Below are positions 28,280-37,750 of a stretch of 64,000 bases of DNA, piece after piece. The stretch covers positions 5,045-69,044 of the forward strand of contig DAOMOX010000005.1 in NCBI GenBank assembly GCA_035444565.1, in the 5' to 3' direction. The position numbers were made by a program, and so were the translations under genes. Source of the DNA: Candidatus Dojkabacteria bacterium. GTDB taxonomy: Bacteria > Patescibacteriota > Dojkabacteria > B142 > OLB20. The notes below the pieces were generated by a model. That model did not search any database, was not told the origin of the DNA, and worked only from the letters and a program-made list of their open reading frames with translations. Position 1 is the stretch's first letter, and the number at the start of each line of letters is the position of its first letter.

Positions 28280-30637
28280 TTGAACAACGATCAAATCATC
28301 ACTGAATCCCTTTTGGTTGCAATCTCCAAATATATGCGACTTGTAAACTACATTGGAGCAGCTCAACTTTATCTCAAAGACAACTTCCTATTTGACCGTC
28401 CACTAGAAAAATCTGACATAAAAGAAAGAGTATTGGGTCATTGGGGTACAGTTCCCGGAATCAACTTTATATATGCAAATCTTAATATTCTTGCGAAAAG
28501 ACACAAACAAGAATTTATGTTAATTGCAGGACCAGGACATGGCTACCCTGCTCTTCTAGCGAATCTTTATGTAGAGGGTACTCTTGGGAAATTTTATCCC
28601 AAATATAACTACTCGAAAGAAGGTTTTTCTAGCCTAATTAAGAACTTCAGTTGGCCAGGAGGTTTTCCAAGTCATGCAAATCCCGAAACACCAGGTGTCA
28701 TCCTAGAAGGTGGTGAACTTGGATATTCACTCTCAAGTGCTTTTGGAGCATGTTTTGATAACCCAAATTTGATGGTCGCATGTATAGTGGGTGATGGCGA
28801 AGCTGAATCAGGTCCACTTAGCGCAGCCTGGCAAAGTGCAAAGTTCTTAAATCCCGCTGAAGACGGTGCTGTTTTACCAATCGTCCACGTCAACAAGTAC
28901 AAAATTTCTGGTCCCACAATTTTTGGAACCATGTCCAACGAGGAACTTTATGACTATTTCAAAGGCCAAGGTTACTTACCACTAATTGTCTCAGGAGATT
29001 ATCTGTACGAAGATATGTTAAATGCTATGGAAGAGGCATATCAACAAATTAAAAATATCCAGAGTAACCCGAATCAATCAAAACCGAGATGGCCAGTAGT
29101 CGTGTTAGTTAGCAAAAAAGGCTGGACGGGACCCGAAATCGTGAAAGGAAAGATGAACGAAGATTCATTTAGATCACATGGTGTTCCATTAGAGCACATT
29201 CATGAAGATAATAGTGAATTTTTGGAATTGTCAGAATGGTTGGAAAGCTACAATGTTTCAGAATTATTAGATGAAAATTATCGACCTATCCCCGAGATTA
29301 TGGATTTAATTCCTGATAACAAATATAAAATTGGTATGAATAAGAATTCAAACGGAGGAGAAGTTAGTAAAAAGTTAATTCTCCCGAATCTTGGATCCTT
29401 AAAGGTTCAGGAAGATTCACTTCTTTCCTCTACACGGGTTAGCAATATGATGGTACTTTCGGACTACTTGAGAGATGTTATCGTAAAAAATCCTGACAAT
29501 TTCAGAGTGATGTCACCTGATGAAACAGAATCAAATAAATTGGGCTCACTTTTCGAAGTCACAACTCGAAGGTACAATTGGCCAGTTCCGAAAGGCTCCG
29601 AGAATCTTTCGCCAAACGGACGAGTTATGGAGATTTTAAGTGAACATACGTTACAAGGATGGCTCGAAGGATATACACTAACTGGAAGGCACGGAGTCTT
29701 CATCACATACGAAGCATTTGGAATGATTGTGGCGAGTATGATTGACCAATACACCAAGTTTCTTAAACAAGCAAAAGCTGTAGAATGGAGGAAACCAGTT
29801 CCTTCCTTAAATATCGTTTTAACAAGTAGTAGTTGGAGGCAGGACCATAATGGATATTCCCATCAAAACCCGGGTTTGATTACATCGGTATTAAATGACT
29901 ATTCTAATTTTGTACGAGTACACTTCCCAGTCGATGCAAATATGCTCCTTGCAACTGCAGAGGAAGCATTTTCGACAACAAATGTTGTAAATCTAATAAT
30001 TGCAGCGAAGCGAGAACTTCCTCAATATCTATCTATCGAAGATGCAAGACAACAAATGACTACAGGAATGCACGCATGGGACTTCATAGGGAACAATAAT
30101 GACAATCCAGATGTAGTTTTCACTGCGACTGGAGATTATCCAACAAAAGAAGTGATTGCAACCATCCAAATATTAAAAGAGGATTTGCCAGAATTAAATA
30201 CAAGGTTTGTAAGTGTTTCCGAGATTACTTGTTTTGGTATTGGCGATCACCCTGTGATCAGTAAGATTAACGAAGAACAGTTCGACGAAGTATTTACTAA
30301 TAGTGCGCCTATTATCTATTCTTATCACGGCTATCCAGAAGATATTAAACAACTGATTTTTAACCATCCTTCAAGTAGAAGATTTTTCATAAGAGGTTAT
30401 AGCGAAAAAGGCACAACCACTACCCCATTTGATATGCTTGTTCAGAACAATTGCAGTCGTTTCCAAATGGCGATTGATGCAATAGAAAAAGCTATTACAA
30501 ACAAACCAGAATTGAAAGAAAAAGGAACTGAAGTTATTAACAAATACAAACAATTGCTAGACAAACACCGAGCTTATACAAAAGAACAGGGTGAAGATAT
30601 TCCCGAAGTTACAAATTTCGTTTTTAAATTCCGATAA
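28280..30637 (+). CDS. xfp: Phosphoketolase (xylulose-5-phosphate / fructose-6-phosphate phosphoketolase)
   Basis: 'GHWGTVPGINFIYANLN' and 'EGGELGYSLSSAFGA' are canonical XFP motifs. Length 785 aa. Confidence 0.9.
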   Translation: MNNDQIITESLLVAISKYMRLVNYIGAAQLYLKDNFLFDRPLEKSDIKERVLGHWGTVPGINFIYANLNILAKRHKQEFMLIAGPGHGYPALLANLYVEGTLGKFYPKYNYSKEGFSSLIKNFSWPGGFPSHANPETPGVILEGGELGYSLSSAFGACFDNPNLMVACIVGDGEAESGPLSAAWQSAKFLNPAEDGAVLPIVHVNKYKISGPTIFGTMSNEELYDYFKGQGYLPLIVSGDYLYEDMLNAMEEAYQQIKNIQSNPNQSKPRWPVVVLVSKKGWTGPEIVKGKMNEDSFRSHGVPLEHIHEDNSEFLELSEWLESYNVSELLDENYRPIPEIMDLIPDNKYKIGMNKNSNGGEVSKKLILPNLGSLKVQEDSLLSSTRVSNMMVLSDYLRDVIVKNPDNFRVMSPDETESNKLGSLFEVTTRRYNWPVPKGSENLSPNGRVMEILSEHTLQGWLEGYTLTGRHGVFITYEAFGMIVASMIDQYTKFLKQAKAVEWRKPVPSLNIVLTSSSWRQDHNGYSHQNPGLITSVLNDYSNFVRVHFPVDANMLLATAEEAFSTTNVVNLIIAAKRELPQYLSIEDARQQMTTGMHAWDFIGNNNDNPDVVFTATGDYPTKEVIATIQILKEDLPELNTRFVSVSEITCFGIGDHPVISKINEEQFDEVFTNSAPIIYSYHGYPEDIKQLIFNHPSSRRFFIRGYSEKGTTTTPFDMLVQNNCSRFQMAIDAIEKAITNKPELKEKGTEVINKYKQLLDKHRAYTKEQGEDIPEVTNFVFKFR

Positions 30638-31779
30638 TGGAACATTTACTCTCAGTAAATGCAGGAAGTACCTCAGTTAAATACAAGCTTTTCGACTCTG
30701 CTTTAAACGAAATTCTTTTCGGACATATTGAGAATATTAAAGGAAAATTTGTCTCAAAACTTGTAAAAAATGGGGAGAAGTATGTTTGGGAAATTACAGA
30801 AAGTGAATTTAAAAAACCACATCTTCTAGTAGCAAAAGAGATTGCGGGTTACGAAATTTCAAAAATTGGTTTTAGAATTGTACATGGAGGTGAGAAATTC
30901 ACAAAACCCACGAAGTTAACTGACAAAGTAATTGCCGATTTAGAGCAGTTGAACGATATGGCGCCCCTCCATAACCCCCCTGCGATTAAAATTATTCGAC
31001 AATTTAAGAAATTTTTCCCAGAAATTAACATGTATGGAGTGTTCGATACGGCTTTCCATTCGACCATAAATCCAGAACAATTTCTGTATTCTCTTCCTTA
31101 TGATTTATACCAAAAGCATAAAATCAGAAAATACGGTTTTCATGGAATTTCCCATCAATACATCTACGAACAAATCTCCACACTCGAGAAAAAGAACAAA
31201 AAAGTAATTTCATGTCATCTAGGAGGTGGTGCAAGTATCACTGCAATTAAAGATGGGGAAAGCTATGACACCTCAATGGGATTTACTCCTCTAGAGGGAT
31301 TAACAATGGCAACAAGATCTGGAGATATCGATTCAGGAATCATATTTTACCTCGTCGAGCGGAAACTCTACCCTCTCAAGGAACTCAAAAATCTGATGAA
31401 TCATTTCAGCGGACTTATGGGAATCTCTGGAATCACATCAGATATGAGAAAGTTATTGGAATTAGAAAAGAAAGGTAATAAACGCGCGCATCTAGCAATT
31501 GAAATTTATATTTACGATATTGTTAGATACATCGGTGCATATATCGTAGCACTTGGTGGGCTAGATGTTTTAGCTTTTAGTGGTGGTGTCGGATCTGGTT
31601 CGGATGTTCTTAGGGAGCGTATTTGTGAATCACTAACTGCTTATAACATACGAATATCTAGAAAAAACAAAGGAAAAATAAACGTAGAAGAAAATATGAA
31701 AATTAGCTCTAGAGGTTCGCTTCCGGTTTGGATTATTCCTACAGATGAAGAAAAAATGATTGCTAAAAGTATTATTTAG
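30637..31779 (+). CDS. ackA: Acetate kinase
   Basis: 'LSVNAGSTSVKYKLFD', 'FHGISHQYI' and 'VISCHLGGGASITAI'. Its start overlaps the xfp stop (TAATG). Confidence 0.85.
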   Translation: MEHLLSVNAGSTSVKYKLFDSALNEILFGHIENIKGKFVSKLVKNGEKYVWEITESEFKKPHLLVAKEIAGYEISKIGFRIVHGGEKFTKPTKLTDKVIADLEQLNDMAPLHNPPAIKIIRQFKKFFPEINMYGVFDTAFHSTINPEQFLYSLPYDLYQKHKIRKYGFHGISHQYIYEQISTLEKKNKKVISCHLGGGASITAIKDGESYDTSMGFTPLEGLTMATRSGDIDSGIIFYLVERKLYPLKELKNLMNHFSGLMGISGITSDMRKLLELEKKGNKRAHLAIEIYIYDIVRYIGAYIVALGGLDVLAFSGGVGSGSDVLRERICESLTAYNIRISRKNKGKINVEENMKISSRGSLPVWIIPTDEEKMIAKSII

Positions 31780-32630
31780 ACTTTCTTAATCTTTATCTCC
31801 CACCACCTTCTTTCCGTTGTGCAGTGTCTCTCCGTGGCTTGCTTGCCCTGCCGAAAGGGAGGGACCACGGAGTCTCCTCTTGTAATTCTTGATATAGTTT
31901 CAGACTTAGTACTATTCGTTTCTACTTTTTCTGTCAATATTCCTGGCTTTGGTTTTCGAGCGAGAGAAATTTGCATTGCAAGTCGAAGTAATAAAATCAA
32001 TACGATGTATACGGCTATTAAAGAACTCATTTGAGGCAGTGTATTTGCCCCATCCTTGGACCACTTAATCCAAATTTCGAAGTTTTTTATTGTAAAATGA
32101 ACCAATGCAAAAAGCAAAGCAATATACCCTACCCTCAACAATTTTCGCCATCTGACACCACCAATTTTCTTGGTAGAATAATTATTTGAAATTAATGCCA
32201 TGAGGGTGAATATTATCAACGATAAAGCACCAAGTATAAAAGGTATTCGATTGTTAATTGTTAAATTTAACACTAACCAATCTTTATGAAGTACAAACTT
32301 TTCTAAACCTGTATTTGCTAGGAAATAAAAATAAAGTGAGTTTAAACCATGCCAAAGGACAAAAAAATAACCCACCAAACCTAGATATTTTCTATAAGGG
32401 ACTTTTCTGTCGAGGAAATCCCAGTAATATCCCAAACCACTCAAAGCAAAGGACAACCCCATCAGGATGATTGCAGTTGATGCAGTAGCTTTGTTAATCA
32501 TCTCAAGGGAAAAATTATCACCTTGGAAGAAATAGTAATAGCAGACGAAGAGAAAAACCAAACCGCCAAAGCTGAGAGTGTTTAACCAAAACTTCAGAAT
32601 TGGGTTTGATTCTATTTTGGAGTCTTTCAT
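31776..32630 (-). CDS. Polytopic membrane protein with His-containing TM helices (possible ferric-reductase-like / heme-binding TM domain). Its C-terminal tail is encoded by a GC-rich repeat
   Basis: Six or more TM segments with paired His ('VLWHGLNSLYFYF', 'LFALVHFTIKNF'). The last roughly 35 codons ('RGDSVVPPFRQGKQATERHCTTERRWW') are read through the palindromic repeat at 31826..31876. Confidence 0.4.
   Translation of the reverse strand: MKDSKIESNPILKFWLNTLSFGGLVFLFVCYYYFFQGDNFSLEMINKATASTAIILMGLSFALSGLGYYWDFLDRKVPYRKYLGLVGYFFVLWHGLNSLYFYFLANTGLEKFVLHKDWLVLNLTINNRIPFILGALSLIIFTLMALISNNYSTKKIGGVRWRKLLRVGYIALLFALVHFTIKNFEIWIKWSKDGANTLPQMSSLIAVYIVLILLLRLAMQISLARKPKPGILTEKVETNSTKSETISRITRGDSVVPPFRQGKQATERHCTTERRWWEIKIKKV
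31826..31876. repeat. GC-rich palindromic repeat (hairpin ctccgtgg ... ccacggag), related to the repeats at 53.2-54.0 kb
   Basis: It shares 'gggagggaccacgg' and 'ccgtggcttg' with the 53217..53510 repeat cluster. Its GC content is much higher than the surrounding AT-rich DNA. Confidence 0.6.
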
Positions 32631-32634
32631 TAAC

Positions 32635-33387
32635 CTAGATTAACAAAAAAGAGCTAACAACCATACCTGCAGTTTCTGTCCGCAATACCGGTAAGTTCAG
32701 TTTTACTAATTTGAATCCACTTACTAATGCAGAGGATACTTCTTTTTCAGAGAAGCCTCCTTCTGGACCAATAACTATCAATACTTTATCCTTAATTTTA
32801 ATTTGTTCTTTGATTTCTTTTAGATTTATTGTTGCACCACCTTCAGAGTCAGTATGAAGTAGTAGTTTGTAATCTGCTTCTAAGTTTAACAACTCATTAA
32901 AACTTAATGCTGGTGCAACTTCAGGAATGAAATTGTTTACACTTTGTCTGGAGGCTTCTTGAACCACCTTTCCAAGCCTTTGCATTTTTTTCTCATCATA
33001 ATGTTTGGCTTTTACGACACTATAATCACTCTCGAATAAGACAAATTTTTGAACGCCGACTTCGGTGTTCATTCGTAATATCATGTCAATTTTTCCAGCT
33101 TTTGGGAGTCCCTGAGCCAAGATAATGTGCGGTCTCTCCGGGATTTCTTCAACATTTTTCTCTAGGACTTTCGCAACCAAAACTTCTTTACTTAATAATT
33201 CGACTTCGGAAAGATATGATGTGCCTTCTCCATCAAACAATATTACTTTGTCACCTTTAGATATCCGCAATACTTTTCGGGCATGTTTTAATATCTTCTC
33301 CTCTTTAAGATAATACTTACCTTTTGCATATTCGTATTCGGAAAGAAAAAATCTAGGTAATGATTTCATACAATTATTCTTTAACAA
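32635..33387 (-). CDS. rsmE: 16S rRNA (uracil1498-N3)-methyltransferase RsmE family
   Basis: N-terminal 'LPRFFL' with a PUA-like region and C-terminal 'GPEGGFSEKEV', characteristic of RsmE. Confidence 0.75.
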   Translation of the reverse strand: MLKNNCMKSLPRFFLSEYEYAKGKYYLKEEKILKHARKVLRISKGDKVILFDGEGTSYLSEVELLSKEVLVAKVLEKNVEEIPERPHIILAQGLPKAGKIDMILRMNTEVGVQKFVLFESDYSVVKAKHYDEKKMQRLGKVVQEASRQSVNNFIPEVAPALSFNELLNLEADYKLLLHTDSEGGATINLKEIKEQIKIKDKVLIVIGPEGGFSEKEVSSALVSGFKLVKLNLPVLRTETAGMVVSSFLLI

Positions 33388-34210
33388 CTGATGAATTTAA
33401 AAGGCTTGTCACCATCCTGGCTTCAAAGTGCTGCATATATACTGTCCCAACAGACAAGGCAACCGGCAACAAGAACAACCCCACACATAGTAATATGAAG
33501 AATGCAGACATATAAATCGCAAACATCACAATTGTTTGTGCAAGGAAGATAAGTCCACCCACGATTAGAATTTCTTTGAAATTTGATTTTATGGCATTTA
33601 GAACAGCATTCATATTTATTGTATCTGCAATTCTGCCCTCGTTATTTATAAATCTGGCTGTTAGCAGTGGGAAGAAAAGAAGCCTTGTCAGAAATTGCAA
33701 GAACGTTCCAAGCCATACAACCGCATTTCCTGAAATTAAAAATATCCAGTATTCCGCACTAAGTGGATCTTCGGTAGTTTCCATAAATTGTGATGAGAAA
33801 CTATTTACAAATGATCCAACAAACAGAATAAGTGTGGGAATTAGAATATAAGCTAATTGTGACAGATTCAGTTTAAAACCCTGAGTAATCCTTCTTCCGT
33901 AATCTGCTAGATGTGCAACACTTTCAATCTGCCCATCATGTTGCATTACCTTAACTAAATCTAATTTATAACCTGCCAAATAAAACTGTACAATGAGATG
34001 AGTCACTAGTAAGATTAGTCCAATAACTAAAAATAATAGGAATGCGAATAGTAGGTCACCTAGCATGAGAAATATTGTTAATGCGAATAATGCCATACCC
34101 AAAACGCTGATTATCAAGTACATACCCCCAATTCCCAGACTCCTCTGTTTCCAATCACTAAGTTTGAAGAATTCTGTAAATATTACGTTTGTGTCTATTT
34201 TGACTTTCAT
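33374..34210 (-). CDS. Polytopic membrane protein, hypothetical
   Basis: Multiple hydrophobic segments and no recognised motifs. Confidence 0.4.
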   Translation of the reverse strand: MKVKIDTNVIFTEFFKLSDWKQRSLGIGGMYLIISVLGMALFALTIFLMLGDLLFAFLLFLVIGLILLVTHLIVQFYLAGYKLDLVKVMQHDGQIESVAHLADYGRRITQGFKLNLSQLAYILIPTLILFVGSFVNSFSSQFMETTEDPLSAEYWIFLISGNAVVWLGTFLQFLTRLLFFPLLTARFINNEGRIADTINMNAVLNAIKSNFKEILIVGGLIFLAQTIVMFAIYMSAFFILLCVGLFLLPVALSVGTVYMQHFEARMVTSLLNSSVVKE

Positions 34211-34232
34211 AATGTTCCTATAAAATAATAAA

Positions 34233-34583
34233 TTAAGTTATTGCCGGGTGTTTTTTTGAACTTTTTTCTAATTTTTTGGTAATGATATCTGATACATCCA
34301 TATCAAGATGATCAGCAAGCTCAAGAGAATATATTAATATGTCTGCTAACTCCTCTTCGATTCTCTCTCTTAAATGAGATTTAGTTTTTGCCTCTTTTTC
34401 TATAACTTTGTGAGTTGTGAATAAAAACAACTGTAACAGTTCTCCCGCTTCGACAATTATTGCCTCACTTAGATTTACGGGATTGTGATGTTTCTTCCAA
34501 TCACGTTTTGACACAAAGTCAGAAATATCTTTTTGAATTGATTGGATGGTTCTCTCGTTGTCATTGTTACTTTTCATGCCCAA
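34233..34583 (-). CDS. MazG-like nucleoside triphosphate pyrophosphohydrolase
   Basis: 'EAGELLQLF' and 'EELADILIYSLELADHLDMDVSDII', the EExxE/D motifs of the MazG/HisE-type all-alpha NTP-PPase. Confidence 0.7.
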   Translation of the reverse strand: MGMKSNNDNERTIQSIQKDISDFVSKRDWKKHHNPVNLSEAIIVEAGELLQLFLFTTHKVIEKEAKTKSHLRERIEEELADILIYSLELADHLDMDVSDIITKKLEKSSKKHPAIT

Positions 34584-34670
34584 TTATAACTAATTAATCA
34601 AACAATATAAATGTAATTTGTTATTGATAAACAAATCCCATATACTAAAATAAGTAAGTTATTACCAAAT

Positions 34671-35012
34671 ATGCAGAATCCAAATTCAACACAAAATCCA
34701 GCTCCAACAGTGAATCAGAGTCAACAACAAACGCAACCTGAAACACCCGTCGCTAGTAACAGACCTGGACCGTATGACAACTATGCACTTACATCATTTC
34801 TCATGGGGACTTTTTCTATTATCACAAGTCTAGTTGTATATCCAGGGCTGGCATTCGGAATAATGTCTATCGTTTTTGGTCTTAGAGGCAAACAATCTAC
34901 AGCTAAGTCTAAATTAGCTAAAATCGGAATTATTTTGGGTGTAATTGGATTGATTTCATCAATATTCTGGGGCATTTTGAATCTGTATCTATCGGTAGTT
35001 GGAAATTCTTAA
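34671..35012 (+). CDS. Small membrane protein (DUF4190-like: Pro/Gln-rich N-terminus + two TM)
   Basis: 'FLMGTFSIITSLVVYPGLAFGIMSIVFGL' and 'IGIILGVIGLISSIFWGILNL'. Confidence 0.45.
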   Translation: MQNPNSTQNPAPTVNQSQQQTQPETPVASNRPGPYDNYALTSFLMGTFSIITSLVVYPGLAFGIMSIVFGLRGKQSTAKSKLAKIGIILGVIGLISSIFWGILNLYLSVVGNS

Positions 35013-35026
35013 ACTTCTGGGGAACA

Positions 35027-35455
35027 TTAGAAAATCAATCTGAGCAACTCAGTCAAAATCATCAAAACGATAAACACAATTATCAGCAACGTCAGGATTA
35101 TCAAAACCTTCAATGCGATATCAATTGGTTTATATGGCACTAATTCAAAATAATATATGTCATAGAATTTTGCGTATAATGCAGGATATTGCACTGTTTT
35201 GAAATAAACCCACTTTTTCTTTAAGTATTTAATAAATTTTACAAAATTTTCCTTCGTCAAAATACTTTTTCTTGGACCTCTCACTTTTTTCTTTCTTGGT
35301 TCTGCTTTTTCAGTCACCTTCTTCGTATCATATGTAGGAGTTATGATTGGGGAATAATTTTCTTCCGAAGCAATATCTTCACCGCTTACCCCAATTGGCT
35401 CGGGTTCGGTGCTTATGTATTTTTTGTTAGAAACATCTTCTGGTAAATCGAACAT
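35027..35455 (-). CDS. Hypothetical protein with a C-terminal TM anchor
   Basis: Basic K-rich middle region and a C-terminal TM 'IALKVLIILTLLIIVFIVLMILTELL'. Confidence 0.35.
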   Translation of the reverse strand: MFDLPEDVSNKKYISTEPEPIGVSGEDIASEENYSPIITPTYDTKKVTEKAEPRKKKVRGPRKSILTKENFVKFIKYLKKKWVYFKTVQYPALYAKFYDIYYFELVPYKPIDIALKVLIILTLLIIVFIVLMILTELLRLIF

Positions 35456-35555
35456 TTCTTTAATTAACTTTCTATATTCTATAATTTCCCAGATGCAAGG
35501 ACAAATTACAAGAGAAATGTTATTATGAGAATCTGTTATTTTTTAGATTGAAGAA

Positions 35556-36788
35556 ATGTCAGATAAACCTGATAAAAGGCTTCTCAACAATATCACCTTC
35601 TTCGGAGATTCAGCAATTCCTGAAGAGAGCCCAATATATAAAGACATATGGAATGCCGCTAAATTTCTTGCCCAGAAAGGCTATACCATAGTAAATGGAG
35701 GTGGTCCTGGTGTTATGAAAGCAGCCACTGATGGAGCAGAATCTGTTGATGGAAACACAATCGCAATATATTGGCAACCTAAATTGGCCTCATTTTTCGA
35801 AGGGCGTAATCTAGCAAATGTTACCGATGAATATGAAACCGCTTCAAACTATATGACTAGAACTTTGGGTTTAATAGAGAAAGGTGATGCATATCTAGTG
35901 TGTAAAGGTGGAACAGGAACTGTATCTGAGTTTGGTATGGTCTGGGCATTGGCAAAACTTTATTATGGTTGTCACAAACCAGTTATCTTGTATGGTGATT
36001 TCTGGGATCCGATTATAGAAAGCCTTCAAACAAATCTAAATATTGACGAGACTGAGTTAGCTGTACTCTATCAGGCAAATACACCAGAGCAAATTTTATC
36101 TATCCTCGAAAAACACGAACTAAAGATTGGACACTGCGCAGACAAACAAATAAGTGGGGATGAATCCGCTTTCATACTGAGCTCAAGGCATCTGACAAAT
36201 ATCGTTGCCTATGATCAAGAAGCTAGTTCATATGACGAACAATTCGCCGGCAAACCTGTATCACATATTCAGCTTGATGAGTTTATTTCTATGGTACACC
36301 CACCTGCGAAAGTTCTCGATCTCGGAACTGGGTTTGGACAAGACGCAAAATATTTATCAACTAAATACACGGTTACTGGTGTCGAAATCTCTCCTAAATC
36401 TGCAATGATTGCTAAATTTGAGAATCCTGATATGGAATTAATAGTTGACGATATGGTGAAATACGATTTCGGAAAAGATAAATTCAAAGGAATCTGGGCT
36501 CGAAATTCACTACATCACATAGAAGAACAATATCAAGATTTGATTTTCAAGAAAGCATTCGATGCACTCGTAGATGACGGAATCTTCTACTTGGTTGTTC
36601 GTGAAGGAGATGGTGAAAAAGTGGAAATCGATGAAAGAGGATATCAAAAAATAGAAAAGTTCTATCACCTATATTCAAAAGATGAAATTATCGAAAGAGC
36701 TAGAAAAGCGGGTTTTAAAGTTGAAAAAATCGACACAGTAGTCAGGAGTCATAAATGGCTTAATATAATTTTAAGAAAGAAGAATTAA
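35556..36788 (+). CDS. Fusion protein: LOG-family (TIGR00730, Rossmann-fold nucleotide-binding) N-domain + class I SAM-dependent methyltransferase C-domain
   Basis: LOG motifs 'TIVNGGGPGVMKAATDGA' and 'LVCKGGTGTVSEFGMVWAL'. Methyltransferase motif I 'VLDLGTGFGQDAKYL' and post-I 'VTGVEISP'. Confidence 0.6.
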   Translation: MSDKPDKRLLNNITFFGDSAIPEESPIYKDIWNAAKFLAQKGYTIVNGGGPGVMKAATDGAESVDGNTIAIYWQPKLASFFEGRNLANVTDEYETASNYMTRTLGLIEKGDAYLVCKGGTGTVSEFGMVWALAKLYYGCHKPVILYGDFWDPIIESLQTNLNIDETELAVLYQANTPEQILSILEKHELKIGHCADKQISGDESAFILSSRHLTNIVAYDQEASSYDEQFAGKPVSHIQLDEFISMVHPPAKVLDLGTGFGQDAKYLSTKYTVTGVEISPKSAMIAKFENPDMELIVDDMVKYDFGKDKFKGIWARNSLHHIEEQYQDLIFKKAFDALVDDGIFYLVVREGDGEKVEIDERGYQKIEKFYHLYSKDEIIERARKAGFKVEKIDTVVRSHKWLNIILRKKN

Positions 36789-36789
36789 C

Positions 36790-37695
36790 ATGAAAGGGAT
36801 AAAAAACATTTTTAATGGCATTATTATGGGAATTGCAGAAATAGTTCCTGGAGTTAGTGCCTCTACTGCCACGCTCTTACTAGGTATTTATGATGATTTT
36901 CTCAACTTATTAGAAGGTGTAACAAACTTTGTTAGAGATCTTCTACAATTCATAATCAGAAAAATCTCGAAAGATAAATTAATTAAATCATTTAAAAAGA
37001 TAAACTTTGCTTATGGTATTCAACTATTCATAGGAATGGTTATCGGAATAGTTCTCTTCTCTAATATCGTGGACTATTTCTACGAGAACAATAAAACGAT
37101 AGTACAAGCAATATTTTTTGGAATCATCCTTGCTTCAATTATCATCCCAATTAAAGTTGTAAAGAAACCCAATTTAACGGATTTATTATTCTTAATCATA
37201 GGATTTGTTGCATTTTTCTCAGTTTTAAAGATGGGGCAAGTAAGCAATGCAGATTCTATTCCACTTTGGTTAATTTTCATCGGAGGGACAATAAGTGTCT
37301 CGGGGATGGTGCTACCTGGAGTAAATAGCTCTTTTGTTCTAATTCCATTGGGGGTTTATGAATTAATCTTAAAAATGGTAAAAGAATTTAGTAGACTCAA
37401 CTTCACTTTTGAATTAATCACTCAGGCGTTAGTTTTTGGTTCTGGTGTAGCATTTGGATTAATTAGTTTTGTAAAAGTTCTAAAATACGCTTTTAAAAAT
37501 CATATCACTAAACTATTCTCTCTAATTGCTGGCATTATGCTTGCGTCCTTGATTAGTCTATGGCCTTATCAAAATATTGATTATACGAGCAAAGATTCAC
37601 TAATAATCTCAGTATTATTAATCATCTCACTAATATTAACTCTAGGATTTATACTAAAGACTAAACCTGAAGAAGAGGTTACACTAAAGCGTTAA
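36790..37695 (+). CDS. DUF368-family polytopic membrane protein
   Basis: 'GIIMGIAEIVPGVSASTATLLLGIY' and a second 'GMVLPGVNSSFVLIPLG' repeat resemble the duplicated DUF368 motif. Its start is 2 nt after the preceding stop. Confidence 0.45.
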   Translation: MKGIKNIFNGIIMGIAEIVPGVSASTATLLLGIYDDFLNLLEGVTNFVRDLLQFIIRKISKDKLIKSFKKINFAYGIQLFIGMVIGIVLFSNIVDYFYENNKTIVQAIFFGIILASIIIPIKVVKKPNLTDLLFLIIGFVAFFSVLKMGQVSNADSIPLWLIFIGGTISVSGMVLPGVNSSFVLIPLGVYELILKMVKEFSRLNFTFELITQALVFGSGVAFGLISFVKVLKYAFKNHITKLFSLIAGIMLASLISLWPYQNIDYTSKDSLIISVLLIISLILTLGFILKTKPEEEVTLKR

Positions 37696-37750
37696 TTTGT
37701 GATTCTCCAGTATATTCAATATAATAAGTTACTAATTATTCTCAATTAAG

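Noticed and set aside
31819-32034. 71-aa plus-strand ORF built on the GC-rich repeat at 31.8 kb
   Set aside because: It is encoded largely by the palindromic repeat and antisense to the membrane-protein gene, so it is probably not a gene.
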